The notes: generated from the letters alone by a model not told the origin. A DNA stretch of 60,000 nt from Malacoraja senta (GCA_038087875.1 CM075988.1:8000001-8060000); one strand, 5' to 3'; counted from the first letter of the stretch, positions 51,401 to 58,807 are shown. Translations and numbers: made by a program.

Positions 51401-53477
51401 TAGGAAAGAACTGCAGATGCTGGTAAGACCGAAGGTAGACACCAAATGCTGTCCCACTTGGGCGTCATTTGTGCGTAATTTACGCGACATCATTTATCGT
51501 CACGATGCACGACGTGCGCTTCGTGCCGCGCACGTGATGTTTTTATTTATTTTTTATTTTTGTCTAGTTAAATGTAGTTGTTTGTGTTTTTTTTGTACTG
51601 TTTTAACTGTGTATATGTGGGGGGGGGGGGGAGGGGGAAACTTTAAAAAAATCTCTTCCCTGCACGGGAGACCCGACCTTTTCCCTGTCGGGTCTCCGTT
51701 GTCGTTGGGGCCTAGCTCCGTGGAGCGGCTTCCGACCGGGACGACCTGGGGGCTCCAGTCGCGGAGCCTGTGGAGCTGCGGACTTACCATCGTGGGGCTG
51801 GCCGTCCTCGGAGCGCGGGGAGCGGGGGTGGCTCGCTGCTGCGGCACGACTCCGGAGCTCCAGCTGCAGCTGCAGACCCGTGGACTGGGACATCGGGAGC
51901 TCGCGGGTCCGGGTGAGAGACCGCTTTCCGGAGCTCCCGCAACGCAACTTCTCCAGCTCGAGTCGCGGGGTTGGAACGACCCGGAGCGGGGACATAAATC
52001 GCCCGGCGCGGCTTTAATGTTAAAGCCGCGGGACATTCCAGCGCCCGCCGGGGCTCCAACTTTGTGACTTTTGGGCCCGGAGCGAGGCCGTACACCGCCC
52101 GGCGCGGCCTCAACGGCCGTGGGACTTAACATTGCCCGCCTGGGGCTTCAACATCGGGAGAAAAATGGTGCAGGGGAGAGAAATGACTTTGCCTTCCATC
52201 ACAGTGAGGAGAACATTCACTGTGATGGATGTTTTTCTGTAAATTGAATTGTTTGTGTGTCGTGTAGGAATTGTTTTGTTTGTATGGCTGTGGAAATGGA
52301 GTTTCGTTTGAGCCTCTTTGAGGTTCAAATTACAAGAAATAAAATCTAATCAAATCAAATCACGGTGTGCATCACGCGCGGACGGTGGGTGGTGACGTAG
52401 GCAGTGATGCGCGGTCGCACGCGGCGCCCCAAGATTTTGGGATGTACAAAATCTTCGCGCGCCATCTGCGTGACTCGCAAATGATGCCCAAGTGGGACAG
52501 GCCTTAACTCAGTGGGTGAGGCAGCATCTATGGAGGGAAGGAGTTGGCGACGTTTCCTTCCCTCCACAGATGCTGCCTCACCCGCTGAGTTACTCCAGCA
52601 TTTTGTATCTACCACCGATGTAATGCTGAGGCTCTATAATGTGCTGATCAGGCCGCATTTGGAGTATTGTGAGCAATTTGGGGACCATATCTGTGAAGGA
52701 TGTGCTGGTTCTGGAGAGGGTCCAGAGGAGGTTTACAAGAATTATCCCAAGAATGAGTGGATTAACATATGATGCGCATTTGACGGCACTGGGCCTGTAG
52801 TCGCTGGAATTTAGAAGGAGATGAGGAAGAATTTCTTTCGTCAGAGGGTGGTGAATCCGTAGAATTCTTTGCCACAGAAAGCTGTGGAGGCCAAGTCTAT
52901 GGATATTTTTAAGGCAGAGAGAGATAGATTAGTATGGGTGTCAAGGGTTATGGGGAAAAGGCAGGAGAATGGGGTTAGGAGGGAGAGATAGATCAGCCAT
53001 GATTGAATGGCGGAGTAGACTTAATGGGCCAAATGGTCTAATTCTGCTCCTATCACTTGTAAAGTATCATTGAATCATTGTAATGCGCCCCTTGTCATGG
53101 TAGTCAGTCAATTGACGCACTTTAGGCTGTCCTTCTGAATCTGCCTCTTTCATTTGCAGGCTCGACATTTGAGAAGACTCCAGTGCTGAGAGTCCATCGG
53201 CCTGGACTGTTGCCTGACAACTGCCTGAGTGGGACGGCCTACTCTGATGTTAATGGCAAAGATCTGAAGTCGTTCAGCACTCCGCCCACACAGAGGTCCA
53301 CCGTATCCAAGTGCAGCGTCCAGATGACTCCAGACCACAGCCCTCTGCCTTTGCTGAAGAACAACATCAACAGAAACAACATCAGTGGCTACGGTCACGA
53401 TGTAGTAAAGTCGTCGCAGAAAATGCCGCCCTACCTGCGCTCAAACGTAGAATTCTGGGATCAAAACTGCAATAAAG
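2074..53477 (+). CDS. robo4: Roundabout-family receptor, Robo4-like (partial multi-exon gene: 3 Ig, 2 FN3, TM, partial cytoplasmic tail)
   Basis: 13 exons with AG/GT boundaries join in frame without stops (2199 nt). Robo Ig1 motif PPEIVEHP...[14 protein letters not shown]. Robo4-like motifs from recalled sequence: QRESRAAR (Ig2 end) and [28 protein letters not shown] (cf. mammalian [28 protein letters not shown]). No Ig4/Ig5/FN1 exons seen. Confidence 0.85.
2848..3296. mobile_element. PIF/Harbinger-type MITE nested in a SINE
   Basis: AGGGCCTGTCCCAC long imperfect TIRs, TAA/TTA flanks, CpG-rich. Confidence 0.8.
4787..5177. mobile_element. PIF/Harbinger-type MITE
   Basis: TIR of about 52 bp AGCCCCTGTCCCACTTAGGAGACC...; TTA TSD on both sides. 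Confidence 0.85.
5298..5817 (+). mobile_element. non-LTR retrotransposon 3' fragment, Vingi/Ingi-like
   Basis: [13 protein letters not shown]...[17 protein letters not shown] zinc knuckle; (GAA)n tail; 9-bp TSD ACTTGAGAG at 5289-5297 and 5818-5826. Confidence 0.7.
6319..7427. mobile_element. PIF/Harbinger-type MITE containing an expanded minisatellite
   Basis: AGGGGCTGTCCC TIRs, TAA TSD on both sides. Confidence 0.82.
6442..6918. repeat. (CA)n-derived minisatellite with periodic CGAA interruptions
   Basis: Repeating CACACA...CGAA units, mostly 12-18 nt. Confidence 0.97.
8390..8616. mobile_element. Harbinger-type MITE, family A (about 220-240 bp)
   Basis: TIR GGCCTGTCCCACTTTCACGACCTAATTCACGACCT, TAA TSD; inside a SINE fragment. 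Confidence 0.85.
10230..11115 (+). mobile_element. Rex1/Babar-like LINE 3' fragment
   Basis: [16 protein letters not shown] motif; [35 protein letters not shown]-terminus; gacaataaa plus (cttgac) tail. Confidence 0.8.
12620..12934 (+). mobile_element. tRNA-derived V-SINE (HE1-like)
   Basis: TGGCGCAGCAGTAG...GGTTCAATCC head, conserved body and tail. Confidence 0.85.
13417..13643. mobile_element. Harbinger-type MITE, family A
   Basis: Same sequence family; TAA TSD. Confidence 0.87.
15793..16128 (+). mobile_element. tRNA-derived V-SINE (HE1-like)
   Basis: A/B-box head, central ggagtttgcacg..ctccctgtgacc domain, gaagggcctgtttcc tail, (AAACT)n. Confidence 0.85.
16130..16420 (+). mobile_element. 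tRNA-derived V-SINE (HE1-like), tandem with the previous copy
   Basis: GTGGCGCA...GGTTCAATCC head, same body, (AAACT)n tail. Confidence 0.85.
18861..19076. mobile_element. Harbinger-type MITE, family A
   Basis: Same sequence family; TAA TSD. Confidence 0.87.
22130..22287 (+). CDS. robo4: robo4 exon: Ig2 first half
   Basis: tttcag| ... |gtgagt; [52 protein letters not shown]; 158 nt, phase 1 to 0. Confidence 0.95.
22414..22627. mobile_element. short palindromic Penelope-derived non-autonomous element
   Basis: Inverted arms; TSD ggatgagaagaagt / ggacgagaggaagt (22400-22413 and 22628-22641). Confidence 0.78.
23850..24151 (-). mobile_element. tRNA-derived V-SINE (HE1-like)
   Basis: Full reverse-complement copy. 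Further copies or fragments at about 1745-1985, 2720-3470, 3790-4072, 9283-9530, 18320-18570, 19968-20372, 20690-20990, 34477-34690, 38395-38665, 42455-42720 and 43373-43657. Confidence 0.85.
24620..24740 (+). CDS. robo4: robo4 exon: Ig2 second half
   Basis: cctacag| ... |gtgagt; [40 protein letters not shown]; 121 nt, phase 0 to 1. Confidence 0.93.
24893..25145 (+). mobile_element. CR1-type LINE 3' end
   Basis: [35 protein letters not shown], plus gaagggccgaatggcct 3' tail. Confidence 0.88.
26140..26373. mobile_element. short palindromic Penelope-derived non-autonomous element
   Basis: Two inverted arms matching the Penelope terminal repeat; TSD caacttttacttat / caacgtttactcat (12/14). Confidence 0.8.
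26472..26610 (+). CDS. robo4: robo4 exon: Ig3 first half
   Basis: cctgcag| ... |gtcagt; [47 protein letters not shown]; 139 nt, phase 1 to 2. Confidence 0.93.
27417..27455 (-). ncRNA. minimal hammerhead ribozyme-like motif in short Penelope-derived insertion
   Basis: Minus strand reads agt-CTGAAGA-a-GGG-tctcga-CCC-GAAA-CGTC-acc: full core with GUC cleavage triplet. Confidence 0.65.
28019..28146 (+). CDS. robo4: robo4 exon: Ig3 second half
   Basis: caacag| ... |gtatgt; [42 protein letters not shown]; 128 nt, phase 2 to 1. Confidence 0.93.
28304..29677. mobile_element. hAT (Charlie-like) non-autonomous element with nested insertion
   Basis: Perfect 15-bp TIR CAGCGTTTCTCAACC; 8-bp TSD ttgtaact / ttctaact. 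Confidence 0.85.
28548..29300 (-). mobile_element. GC-rich non-coding retro-like repeat, copy A
   Basis: Homologous to 51540-52361; minus-strand 3' end AATAAAA plus (ATCT)n tail. Confidence 0.75.
30274..30589. mobile_element. Harbinger-type MITE
   Basis: GGGGCTGTCCCACTGTACGAGCTAA TIR, TTA TSD. Confidence 0.83.
30736..30860 (+). CDS. robo4: robo4 exon: linker and start of first FN3
   Basis: ccttcag| ... AAG|gtgtgc; [42 protein letters not shown]; 125 nt; supplies the phase 1 to 0 bridge the flanking exons require. Confidence 0.85.
31631..32659. mobile_element. unclassified about 1-kb non-coding element with short inverted repeats, inside a SINE
   Basis: TGTTACAAAATTT / AAGTTTTGTAACA inverted repeat; splits a minus-strand SINE (31541-32893); no clear TSD. 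Confidence 0.6.
34109..34334 (+). CDS. robo4: robo4 exon: first FN3 remainder
   Basis: ctctgcag| ... |gtgaga; [16 protein letters not shown]...[33 protein letters not shown]; 226 nt, phase 0 to 1. Confidence 0.92.
35201..36517 (+). pseudogene. Penelope-like reverse transcriptase / GIY-YIG endonuclease ORF fragment
   Basis: [13 protein letters not shown] and RYIDD RT motifs; CNRKRCNTC Cys linker; [25 protein letters not shown]; one frame broken only by TAG at 35963-35965. Confidence 0.92.
36628..36668 (+). ncRNA. minimal hammerhead ribozyme-like motif in Penelope 3' terminal repeat
   Basis: CTGAAGA (36634-36640), extra A, GGG-tttcgg-CCC helix II, GAAA, then CGTT (palindromic AACGTT helix III); helix I pairing is weak. 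Confidence 0.65.
36980..37295 (+). mobile_element. tRNA-derived V-SINE (HE1-like)
   Basis: Head GGTTCAATCC, conserved body, aactgaactaaac tail. Confidence 0.8.
37576..37697 (+). CDS. robo4: robo4 exon: second FN3 first half
   Basis: gttcag| ... AAG|gtacga; [41 protein letters not shown]; 122 nt, phase 1 to 0. Confidence 0.93.
37761..37966. mobile_element. Harbinger-type MITE, family B
   Basis: AGGGCCTGTCTCACT / AGTGGGACAGGCCCT, TAA TSD; 63 nt downstream of an exon. Confidence 0.83.
39113..39317. mobile_element. short palindromic Penelope-derived non-autonomous element
   Basis: Inverted arms, CTGAAGA...GAAA at 39204; direct repeat ACATGATGCCAAGATA at 39097-39112 and 39318-39333; inserted in a CR1 tail. 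Confidence 0.82.
39396..39567 (+). CDS. robo4: robo4 exon: second FN3 second half
   Basis: gatag| ... |gtcagt; [57 protein letters not shown]; 172 nt, phase 0 to 1. Confidence 0.93.
40128..40322. mobile_element. short Penelope-derived non-autonomous element
   Basis: Partial left arm plus full inverted arm with CTGAAGA (40195)...GAAA; flanks ctacactgtggga / ctccactgtagga. Confidence 0.75.
40829..41177 (-). mobile_element. Penelope-like 3' fragment (endonuclease C-terminus plus terminal repeat)
   Basis: Minus frame [29 protein letters not shown]; direct repeat GGAGTCAA at 40821-40828 and 41178-41185; inside an older CR1 fragment. Confidence 0.85.
41701..42270 (+). mobile_element. CR1-type LINE 3' fragment
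   Basis: [11 protein letters not shown]...[19 protein letters not shown]...[11 protein letters not shown]...FFSQRVVNL. Confidence 0.9.
43855..44092. mobile_element. Harbinger-type MITE, family A
   Basis: Same sequence family; TTA/TAA flanks. Confidence 0.87.
44096..44480 (-). mobile_element. probable Penelope-like ORF N-terminal fragment joined to a terminal-repeat remnant
   Basis: Minus frame PHGFQLHLQ...[11 protein letters not shown] resembles the N-terminus of vertebrate PLE ORFs (recalled); terminal-repeat remnant at 44096-44148. Confidence 0.5.
45970..46147. repeat. degenerate (TG)n/(TGTC)n microsatellite, continuing at 46628-46745
   Basis: Seen directly; lies within a minus-strand CR1 fragment. 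Confidence 0.92.
46148..46627. mobile_element. hAT-like MITE inside a TG microsatellite
   Basis: TIR CAGGCACGGAAATC versus CAGGGGCGGAAATC (12/14); flanks tctgtgtg / tgtgtgtg. Confidence 0.65.
47020..47208 (+). CDS. robo4: robo4 exon: juxtamembrane and transmembrane helix
   Basis: catcctag| ... |gtgaga; [31 protein letters not shown] is a Robo-type TM followed by basic residues; 189 nt, phase 1 to 1. Confidence 0.93.
47636..48690 (-). mobile_element. CR1-type LINE fragment
   Basis: Minus frames [19 protein letters not shown]...ERVQRR, plus CR1 3' tail. Confidence 0.82.
49772..49971. other. assembly gap (200 N)
   Basis: Run of N. Confidence 1.
50445..50675. mobile_element. short palindromic Penelope-derived element
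   Basis: Same inverted-arm sequence (gacacaaaatgctggagtaactcagcgg ... ccagcattttgtgtc); TSD not clear. Confidence 0.72.
50762..50804 (+). CDS. robo4: robo4 short cytoplasmic exon
   Basis: ctcgcag| ... CAG|gtaagc; [15 protein letters not shown]; 43 nt, phase 1 to 2. Confidence 0.88.
50888..51018 (+). CDS. robo4: robo4 cytoplasmic exon
   Basis: aaaccag| ... |gtaagc; [43 protein letters not shown]; 131 nt, phase 2 to 1. Confidence 0.88.
51150..51386. mobile_element. Harbinger-type MITE, family A (opposite orientation)
   Basis: Reverse complement of the other family A copies; TTA/TAA flanks. Confidence 0.87.
51449..52504. mobile_element. Harbinger-type MITE, family B, split by a GC-rich retro-like insertion
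   Basis: Reverse-oriented relative of 37761-37966; left TIR partly lost; interrupted at about 51540-52361. Confidence 0.75.
51540..52361 (+). mobile_element. GC-rich non-coding retro-like repeat, copy B
   Basis: Closely similar to copy A; ends in a stem-loop, AATAAAA and (AAATC)n. Confidence 0.75.
52617..53060 (+). mobile_element. CR1-type LINE fragment (continues from about 51115-51146)
   Basis: [18 protein letters not shown]..., internally deleted, CR1 3' tail. Confidence 0.82.
53160..53477 (+). CDS. robo4: robo4 cytoplasmic exon with CC0-like motif
   Basis: catttgcag| ... AAG|gtgagc; contains [23 protein letters not shown], resembling Robo CC0 (VYGDVD...MKTF); 318 nt, phase 1 to 1. Confidence 0.85.
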
Positions 53478-54540
53478 GTGAGCCTGCAAATCACACGGCC
53501 TGGAAGTGTCTTGTGCCACAGCACTTAGTCATACAGCATGGAAACAGGCCCTTCAGCCCAAATCATCCATGCCAACCAAAAGGCCCCTAGGCCAGTCCCA
53601 TTGGCCTGCATTTGGCCCATCTAAACCTTTCCTATCCGCATACCTATCCAAGCGCCTTTGAAATGTTGTCATTGTGCCTGCATCAACAACCTCCTCCGGC
53701 AGCTCATTCCTTATGCCCACTATCCTCTGAATGTGCTGCTTTCTTCCCGGTGCCATACCAAGTTACTAGGATTCCCACTGGATATAGTTACTTGAGTTAC
53801 TTCCATTGCTTAACATAATATTTCTAGTGCAGTAAATCCCTCCGATAATCCGTTATCTGCATCTTTCATGTGTCGGAGCCAAATGGGTAAGAACAAAGTT
53901 GTCTTCACGAAAATACTTTTTTTTTAAAACAATAATCGGATAGCTTTACAGACCCTTTTCCTCAGCCAGTGTCCCTCGACTTATTTTGTGTCTTATTCTC
54001 AATTGACTTATTTTTAATAAACAAATTGCTCAAAATGCCAAGGCGAGATTTGAACCGATTATCACTGTCGGCCAAGGGCTCACTTTTATTAGACACCATT
54101 AGGCTGTAATATGATGGTGCAGAGTTGGAAATTAGGTCACATTTTAAAATCAGGGAACAAGCTTCCAATTCCCAAAGGCTGATCCACGACGAGTTCTAAG
54201 CAGCTGGCAAAAATGTTCAGAGACTCCAAAGTAGTTCATTGCATCGGATGCCTAGCAACTGACTCGCTTTTCTTACAGAATCTGCCACTTGGAATTCTGC
54301 AGAGCGCTTCCTTGTTGTGGCACTGTGCACATGACTTCACGGTGTAATCCAACGCTTGGCTTCAGGATGCTTGTCAGCTGAAAGAGTGCAGAGAAAACAA
54401 AGGACGCAAAATACTTAGCACAGAACGTTATTAAGCTTGGCAAAGCAGAGAGAGTTCAAAGTGCAATCATTGGTCTGTCCAAAGACAGCTCCATTGTTCC
54501 CAATGGGAATTGTCAGCCTACTCGGGCTTCTCAACATTAG

Positions 54541-54850
54541 GGGCGGCGCAGTGGTGCAGCTGGTAGAGCTGCTGCCTCACAGCACTGGAGACCCCGGTTC
54601 GATCCTGACCTCGGGTGCTGTCTATGTGGAGTTTGCACGTTCTCCCTGTGACCGCGTGCATTATCTCCGGGTGCTCCGGTTTCCTCCCGCGTCCCAAAAA
54701 CGTGCAGGTCTATCAATTAATTGGCTTCTTGTAAATTGCCCCCAGTGTGTAGGGAGTGGATGAGAAAATGGGATAGCATAGAACTAGTGTGAACAGGTGA
54801 TCAAAGCGTGGATTCGGTGGACCGAAGAGCCTGTTTCCATGTTGTATCTC
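54541..54850 (+). mobile_element. tRNA-derived V-SINE (HE1-like)
   Basis: GTGGTGCAGCTGGTAG...GGTTCGATCC head, conserved body. Confidence 0.85.
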
Positions 54851-54976
54851 TTGACAATTGCAGGTATTACAGTCAACTCAGCCAAATCTTCACCACATTA
54901 TCTTGCATATTGTTTTATCAATGGTCTGAAACAGAACACCAAAACCGATTCTTTATGGACTTAATTGGAAGAGTGA

Positions 54977-55643
54977 AGGGCCTGTCCCACTTGCGTGTCC
55001 TTGGCACGCAAATTACGCGACCTCGTGGTCGCGTTGAACCGAGACGGTCGAGCGAAGGTCGGGCGCGATTACATACGTACGCACAGCCGTCTGGAGCACA
55101 TGACGTCATTTGAAGATGGACACAAAGCTGGAGTAACTCAGCGGGACCGGCAGCATCTCCGGAGAGAAGCAATGGGTGACGTTTCCTGTCGAGACTCTTC
55201 TTCAGTCTGAAAAGAAGGGTCTTGACCAGAGATGCTGCCGGTCCTGCTGAGTTACTCCTGCATTTTGTGTCCATCTTCAATTTTCTTGGCCCCGCTCTGG
55301 GAGTAGAAGTGGGGGCGGATCCGGACCGCAACGGCCGTGAGCCCCAGGCCGAGTTCGGCGATCGTTTGCCTGCTCCTGCTGCTGTAGAAGGTGAGACGTT
55401 GCGTCGCGCCAGGGTCTTGGGCCTGTCCCACTTTGGCCGTCAGTTCCGCGACAGGCCGTTGGCGCGCGAAGATTTCGTTCACTACAAACATTTCGGAGCC
55501 CCGTGCGATGTCGCGCACAACTCCATACCCCTCCGCGTTTCTAAGTGGGTCCGGCCCCGCGCGGCCACACGATGCCCGTGCCCGCAACGCAACCACGAGG
55601 TCGCGTAATTTGCGTGCCAAGGACACGTAAGTGGGACAGGCCT
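54977..55643. mobile_element. Harbinger-type MITE with nested Penelope-derived palindrome
   Basis: TIR of about 55 bp, TGA TSD on both sides; nested element at about 55112-55280. Confidence 0.83.
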
Positions 55644-56841
55644 TGAGGCTGGGTATAAAGCTAGGGTTACAACTTGGCAAACTTTCTTCTTAACCTTCAT
55701 ATGCTACTGTACGATTGCTGGTTTTCAGTGAATCTGTTCCTCAGCAAGAATCCTGCAGTTGTTAGAAAGGTGGAGTACAGGTCTGGGTTATAACCTGCTC
55801 CTTCTGCCCACCACCAAGGCCTCATTATGTAGCTAAAATAGACACAAAATGCTGAAGTAACTCTCAGTGGGACAGGCAGCATCTCTGTCCCATTGCACGG
55901 TGCCAGAGTTATAGGCACCACTAGTCTCTGCCACCTAGCCATGGGAGTCTGATCTAGTTGGTGCCTTGGTCTCAAATGTCCCTCCCTCCCTCTCTCTCTC
56001 TCTCTCCCTATAGCCCCTGATTTGTTTCCCTGTGTTTCCATAGTAATACAAGCAATAATTATGGTAAACTATGAAGGTACGGTTATTAATGGGGACAGCT
56101 GGATTCATGCTGTCATATTAGACGCATTTAAAGTGTTTACCTGCAAGTTAACACAGATTAATCAATTGTTAAGTTGATTGTTTATAACTACTTTAAGCCG
56201 TGCATTTTACACATTGATCTCGGCAGCTTTTAATGTTGATATGTTTATGTTAACCTCTTCAATTCAATTATTTTGACCTTTTTAATTCAAATTGTTTATT
56301 TTATTTTAGCTCGTGTAGTTTGAACTGCTTAGTTTCATCTGTCATTTTAAATTGTTCTCATTTGCTTTTTGGTTGTCATAAATGCCTTTAAAAGAGCTTT
56401 AATGGGCTCATTAACAGCTGAAAACCTTCAAGCTTTGGAAAGTGTGCTTGACACCTATTATAAATACAACCTTGCACCTTGAGGTGTGGAAAGGAACCTC
56501 ACAGAGTCTTGAATGGTTGAGAGAACAACAGTTCCTGACCTTTCGAGTCTATACATCTCAAACACTCTACTGTAAGATATAAACACATGAATTAGAGATG
56601 CATGTAAAGTTATTTTACTATTTAATAAGACCACGGATAATAACACCATTAATAACACCAGAAGACCAGTCATGGTCTGATTTCAAACTCAACTCCAAAT
56701 TCTCATCAACTTTCAGTAACCTTTCATCCCCTTTACTTACACCTCTGCCCCCAAAATATTCAAAGATTCTACTTCCCACTCACTGCCCTTTGTAGAAGAG
56801 AGTTCCAAAGTCTCTCAACACACTAAGAGAAATATGAACTA

Positions 56842-58446
56842 CAGTGCATTCAGAAAGTACTCAGACCCCTTCACCTTTTCCACATTTTGTTACGTTACAG
56901 CCTTTTTGTAAATTGATTAAATTCTTCATTTTTTTTATCATCAATCTACACACAATACCCCAGAATGAAGAAGAGAAAACAGGTGTTTAGAACATTTTGT
57001 AAAGTAATTCAAAAGAAATAACAGAAATATCATATTTATGTAAGTATTCAGACCCTTTGCTATGACACTCAAAATTGAGCTTAGGTTCATCCTGTTTCCA
57101 TTGATTATCCTTGTGATGTTTCTACAACTTGATTGGAGTCCACCAGTGGTAAATTAAATTGATTGGACATGATTTGGATAGGCACACACCTGTCTATATA
57201 AGGTCCCACATTTGACAGTGCATGTCAGAGCAAAATCCAAGCCATGAAGATGAAGGAAATGTCCGTAAACCTCAGAGACAGGATTGTGCCGAGACACAGA
57301 TCTGGGGAAGGGTATAAAACAATTTCTGCAGCATTGCAGGTCCCGAAGAGCACAGTGGCCTCCGTCATTCTTTAATGGAAGAACTTTGAAACCAACAGGA
57401 CTCTTCATAGAGCTGGCCGCCCGGACAAACTGAGCAATCGGGGGAGAAGGGCCTTGGTCAGGGAGGTGACCAAGAACCCGATGGTCACTGACAGAGCTCC
57501 AGAGTTCCTCTGTGGAGATGGGAGAACCTTCCAGAAAGGCAACTATATCTGCAGAACTCCACCAATCAGGCCTTTATGGTAGAGTGACCAGACAGAAGCC
57601 ACTCCTCAGTAAAAGGCATATGACAGCCCGCTTGGAGTTTGCCATAATGCATGAGAAACAAGATTGTCTGGTCTGAGGAAACCAAGATTGAACTCTTTGG
57701 CCTGAATGCCCAGCATCACGTCTGGAGGAAACCAGGCACCGCTCATCACCTGGCCAATACCATATCTACGGTAAAGCATGGTGGTGGCAGCATCATGCTG
57801 TGGAGATGTTTTTTCAGCGGCAAGAACTGGGAGACTAGTCGGGATCAAGGGAAAGATGAACGGAGCAAAGTACAGAGAGATCTTCGATGAAAACCTGCTC
57901 CAGAGCGTTCTGGACCTCAGACTGGGGTGGAGGTTCATCTTCCAACAGGACAACGACCCTAAGCACACAGCCAAGACAACGCAGGAGTGGCTTCGTGACA
58001 AGTCTGTGCATGGCCCAGCCAGAGCCTGGAGTTGAACCCGATCGAACACCTCTGGAGGGACCTGAAAATAGCTGTGCATCGACGCTCCCCATCCAACCTG
58101 ACAGAGCTTGAGAGGATCTGCAGAGAAGAATGGGAGAAGTTACCCAAATACAGGTGTGCCAAGCTAGTAGCGTCATACCCAGAAGACTTGAGGCTGCAAT
58201 CGCTGCCAAAGGTGCCTCGACAAAGTATCTAGTAAAGGGTCTGAATACTTTTGTAAATGTGATATTTCAGTTATTTATTTTTGATTACTTTGCAAAAATT
58301 TCTAAACACCTGTTTTCGCTTTTTTATTATGGGGTATTGTGTATAGATTGATGATAAAAAAATAATTTAATTCATTTAAGAATAAGGCTATAACGTTACA
58401 AAACGTGGAAAAAGTGAAGGGGTCTGAATACATCCTGAATGCACTG
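56842..58446 (+). mobile_element. Tc1-like DNA transposon, full length (about 1.6 kb), defective
   Basis: TA-CAGTGCATTCAG ... CTGAATGCACTG-TA; TIRs of about 210 bp with internal direct repeats (aagtaYtcagacccYt); inserted in a minus-strand CR1 fragment. Confidence 0.95.
57244..58232 (+). pseudogene. Tc1 transposase pseudogene
   Basis: MKMKEMSVNLRDRIV...GEGYKTISAAL, GRP AT-hook-like motif, IVWSEETK (first catalytic D appears as E), [16 protein letters not shown]; stops and frameshifts. Confidence 0.92.
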
Positions 58447-58682
58447 TACACCATCCCTGTCTACAATGGACAACACCTTATTTCTAAGCAGTGGCCCTAA
58501 TTCTAGATTCTCCCACAAGATGAAACATCACCTCCACATCACCCTGCCAAGGTTGCAAAGGGAGTTCATGTGTTTTAAGTTTCATCTGTTGAGATAAATT
58601 GTTTGATGGTCTTGGATATACCGGAACTGGAGCTCTTTATCATTTGAAGATGCACATTGAGTTCTTCCACTCTAATCCCCAG

Positions 58683-58772
58683 GAAACAATGGGCCGGTAA
58701 TGGCCATTTGTCGCAACCCAACGCCAGGGAACGTGCCAGCCACCATCACCAGCCCAGCGAGCACCCGCAAAG
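58683..58772 (+). CDS. candidate further robo4 cytoplasmic exon
   Basis: Acceptor ttcttccactctaatccccag, donor AAG|gtaaaa, 90 nt, open in phase 1 to 1 (GNNGPVMAICRNPTPGNVPATITSPASTRK), in non-repeat sequence. No recognisable homology, and the acceptor choice is uncertain. Confidence 0.4.
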
Positions 58773-58807
58773 GTAAAACCATCAGCACCATCCACATAAT
58801 GACAGAA

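Noticed and set aside
51396..52132. ORFs of 130-223 aa on both strands
   Set aside because: They cross junctions of nested repeats, and the frames are not conserved between the three copies of the GC-rich element.
54279..54345. Good-looking acceptor (gcttttcttacag) as a possible exon
   Set aside because: In the required phase it reaches TGA after about 18 codons without a convincing donor.
54541..54612. tRNA-like sequence with A and B boxes
   Set aside because: It is the head of a SINE and continues into the SINE body. No full cloverleaf is evident, and the same holds for the other copies.
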